NCBI GenBank assembly: GCA_016936135.1 | Contig: JAFGPP010000117.1 | Location: 1 to 49,421 of the forward strand | Source of the DNA: Thermoplasmatota archaeon | GTDB lineage: Archaea > Thermoplasmatota > E2 > DHVEG-1 | DNA length: 49,421 nt | Reading direction: 5' to 3' | Shown: piece by piece, positions 46,815 to 49,421 of the stretch | Position numbering within the stretch: the stretch's first letter is position 1 | Layout: the number at the start of each line of letters is the position of its first letter | Program-made: the position numbers and the translations under genes | The notes under the pieces: model-generated | Told to the model about the DNA's origin: nothing | Seen by the model: the letters and a program-made list of their open reading frames with translations, nothing else | Database searches by the model: none

Positions 46815-47975
46815 TTACCGGAAATTTTTATTTTTACTATATGGTCTTCTAATGATAAAAGGCAGACTCTTAAAATTAGGCATATTCGCCCTATGTATCT
46901 CCAGATTGTCGTTGCTTTGCACATTTCTAAAATTATCATGATCTGGTTTAGTCAGCAGGGTGATTGCATTTCCGTTTTCACCGGCTCGTGCTGTTCGACC
47001 CACCCTATGAATGTATTCTTGAGAAGTTTTTGGAACATCATAATTATAAATGTGAGTAACGTTTTTTATATCAAGACCTCTAGCAGCAACATCTGTAGCT
47101 ACAAGAATATCGGTATTTTGTTTTTGTAATAGATCGAGCGAGCTCAATCTTTTCTTCTGAGTCATACCTCCATGTATTGCACAAGCCCTCAATCCCTGAT
47201 TTTTTAGATTTCTTGCTACAAGATCTACCTGATTTCTAGTAGAACAAAATACTATTGACATGCCTTTGTAATTTTTTCTAATCAAGTGGACTAAAAGAGA
47301 AAACTTATTTTTCTTGTTGTAAATATCGTAATATAATTGTTTCAATTTACTAGTTTCTAAATATGAATCAACACTTACAATCAAGGGATTCTTTAGATGT
47401 TTGGACATAATTCTTAGTAAATCATTCTGCATTGTGGCACTAAACATTAACGTCTGTCTATCTCTAGGAACGTAACTTATTATTTCTTCAACATCTTCAA
47501 TAAATCCCATTTCAAACAATTTATCAATTTCGTCTATAACCAGAAATCTCATCGATCTAAAATCTATTGTGTTTCTTCCAATATGATCTAGCATTCTGCC
47601 AGGAGTACCAACAACTATTTCTGAATTTTGTAAACTGTTTATCTGGGGTTCTATTCTTACACCGCCAAATACGCTTGCTACTTTCAAATCAAATATCGAT
47701 CCCAATTCTCGAAAAACCTGTGTTATCTGAACGCAGAGCTCTCTAGTTGGCGTAAGAATAACAGCTTGAATTCCTTTTCCATTTTGCACCTTGTCAATTA
47801 TTGGGATTGCAAAGGCAAAAGTTTTTCCAGAACCCGTCTTTGACTGTCCAACTATATCTCTTCCCTTAATTATTTCAGGAATACATTTATCTTGTATTGG
47901 TGTAAGTACATAAAATCCCAAATCTAGGATTTTTCTATTTAATTTCGAGCTAATATCTAATTCATCAAATTTCAT
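46815..47975 (-). CDS. DEAD-box RNA helicase (DEID variant)
   Basis: TPIQ, KTGSGKT, PTREL, TPGR, DEID, SAT, ARGLD, HRVGRTARAG; ATG at 47975 after GGTGA preferred. Confidence 0.95.
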   Translation of the reverse strand: MKFDELDISSKLNRKILDLGFYVLTPIQDKCIPEIIKGRDIVGQSKTGSGKTFAFAIPIIDKVQNGKGIQAVILTPTRELCVQITQVFRELGSIFDLKVASVFGGVRIEPQINSLQNSEIVVGTPGRMLDHIGRNTIDFRSMRFLVIDEIDKLFEMGFIEDVEEIISYVPRDRQTLMFSATMQNDLLRIMSKHLKNPLIVSVDSYLETSKLKQLYYDIYNKKNKFSLLVHLIRKNYKGMSIVFCSTRNQVDLVARNLKNQGLRACAIHGGMTQKKRLSSLDLLQKQNTDILVATDVAARGLDIKNVTHIYNYDVPKTSQEYIHRVGRTARAGENGNAITLLTKPDHDNFRNVQSNDNLEIHRANMPNFKSLPFIIRRPYSKNKNFR

Positions 47976-48161
47976 TATTTCACCATAAATTTTAATACAA
48001 TTATTCAAAAAGTTCTATCTAAAAAATACATCTATAGTTAAGTTAATATCTTTCAATATGAGATCCAAATAGTCAAATAAATAACACTTGTAATATCTGC
48101 AACTTCTTTTTATTACTTCTTTCATAAAATTTCACCAATAATTAAAAACCAGAATATGTAA

Positions 48162-48338
48162 TTAAAACGAATATTTGCAATTCTTACAATTCTCTTCTTT
48201 AGTGGAATTTTCCATTGAAACAAATTGATTACAACTTTCGTGTTCCCAAACAATACGCTTAAAGTAATTACATCTAATTATATTCTTGGGGGCATTGTTT
48301 TTATTATTTCTTTTCGGTCTATTGTTTTTTCCTTGCAT
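48162..48338 (-). CDS. Small Cys4 putative Zn-binding protein (58 aa), not in ORF track
   Basis: MQGKNNRPKRNNKNNAPKNIIRCNYFKRIVWEHESCNQFVSMENSTKEENCKNCKYSF; GTGAT upstream. Confidence 0.55.
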   Translation of the reverse strand: MQGKNNRPKRNNKNNAPKNIIRCNYFKRIVWEHESCNQFVSMENSTKEENCKNCKYSF

Positions 48339-48813
48339 TTTTTATCACTTGTCAGATATAATCTAAACTTAATTAGTACAAAAACCAATAACAAAAAATT
48401 CCAAATTCAAAAATAATTTTAGATTTGGACAATCCATTATTAATTTTTCTTTGGCAACAGTTAGGTGTTTACAGCCTTAAATAGTTTTGTATAACAATAT
48501 TGGGAATTAAAATAATTTGATTAAAAAAAAATTAATTTATAAATTTAAATCATGATTTTCTCGTCATTATTCCCATTTTAAAAACTAAATGGTATCAGCA
48601 ATCTTTAAAAAAATTTTTAGGAGAAAAGAAAGAATTCATAATAATTTTAGATTTACTTGCAACATTTTTAGATTAATAACAATGTATATAAGTAATTTCT
48701 AATTATATTACAATGAAGAGGATTTGAATTATTAATTTCGTTCAAAAGCTTGGATTGGGATTTTTAATTTTTAGTCTCTTTTATATTGAAAAACTACCGG
48801 GATTTGTATTAAT

Positions 48814-49263
48814 ATGAAAACCGTAGAGATGGGAGATAAGATTCAGATAAGTTGCGAAGGAAAACTTCAAGATGGTCAGGTTTTTTTAAAAAATGAGGAA
48901 AATAAACATATCAGTTTAACCGTGGGTGAAAACGCACTTTTTCCTGCATTGGAAAAAGAACTGATTGGCATGAAAGTTGGAGAATCCAAGAATATAATAT
49001 TGGAACCACAAGATTCTTTTGGAAATCCAGATCCCGGTCTTATAATGGAAACTTCAAAGGATAATCTGAATCCCGATATATCAATAGAGATTGGTTGTAG
49101 AATAGGAATTGACCTTCCTACAGGGAAAAAATTATACGGATTAATAACTGAAATGACGGAAGACAAAGTTACTGTTGATTTTAATCACCCTTTAGCCGGA
49201 AAAACAGTAATATTTACTGTCACGTTAATTGCTATTGAGGACCCTTTAAAAAGCGTAAATTAA
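48814..49263 (+). CDS. FKBP-type peptidyl-prolyl isomerase (SlyD-like, IF domain)
   Basis: LIGMKVGE, EPQDSFG, VDFNHPLAGKTVIF. Confidence 0.92.
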   Translation: MKTVEMGDKIQISCEGKLQDGQVFLKNEENKHISLTVGENALFPALEKELIGMKVGESKNIILEPQDSFGNPDPGLIMETSKDNLNPDISIEIGCRIGIDLPTGKKLYGLITEMTEDKVTVDFNHPLAGKTVIFTVTLIAIEDPLKSVN

Positions 49264-49382
49264 TCTGTCATCTATATTTGCAGAGCTTTTTAATCTAATT
49301 TTGTTTATTAAGATTTGGAAAATATTACTTTTTATTTTAATGTTAATTTGTGCTTTGTGTCATTATTCTCACCTTGGATAAA

Positions 49383-49421
49383 TTAGCACATTCCACAGAA
49401 TTGTCCGTAACCACATCTCAA
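49383..49421 (-). CDS. 3' end of a gene truncated by the window edge, Cys-rich C-terminus
   Basis: ...LRCGYGQFCGMC*. Confidence 0.35.
   Translation of the reverse strand: MRCGYGQFCGMC

Noticed and set aside
48225..48416. 63-aa plus-strand ORF in the track
   Set aside because: The opposite-strand 58-aa Cys4 ORF with an ATG start is more plausible.
49383..49421. Cas4/AddB-like CxxCxYxxxC terminus
   Set aside because: Only 12 codons are visible, so the family cannot be assigned.

Overview
AT-rich archaeal chromosomal window, probably Thermoplasmatota (Izemarchaea/MBG-D-like). This is inferred from aTrm56, Hjc, pantoate kinase, PGF-CTERM, PKD/NosD secreted proteins and GGAGG/GGTGA ribosome-binding sites. 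Core content: an HDAC-family deacetylase beside an ADP-forming acyl-CoA synthetase-GNAT fusion; a thioredoxin/TlpA/membrane Fe-S redox cluster; LarA; a group 3b NiFe hydrogenase operon with fused beta-gamma subunit; malic enzyme; porGDAB; a split MgtE plus PhoU-RCK_C cluster; CoA biosynthesis; CBS proteins; secreted hydrolases; antiporters; ferredoxin; tRNA-Leu(GAG); tRNA-Val(CAC); a DEAD-box helicase and an FKBP. The most unusual region is about 4.75-9.67 kb, a candidate compact integrated element. It carries a tyrosine recombinase, an Sm-like protein, a primase-less SF3 helicase, an iteron/palindrome origin-like region and a beta-helix gene, and is bracketed by an 18/20 direct repeat overlapping TATA boxes. 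Several small ORFs missed by the ORF track were found. All calls are from motif recognition by eye; no database searches were run.
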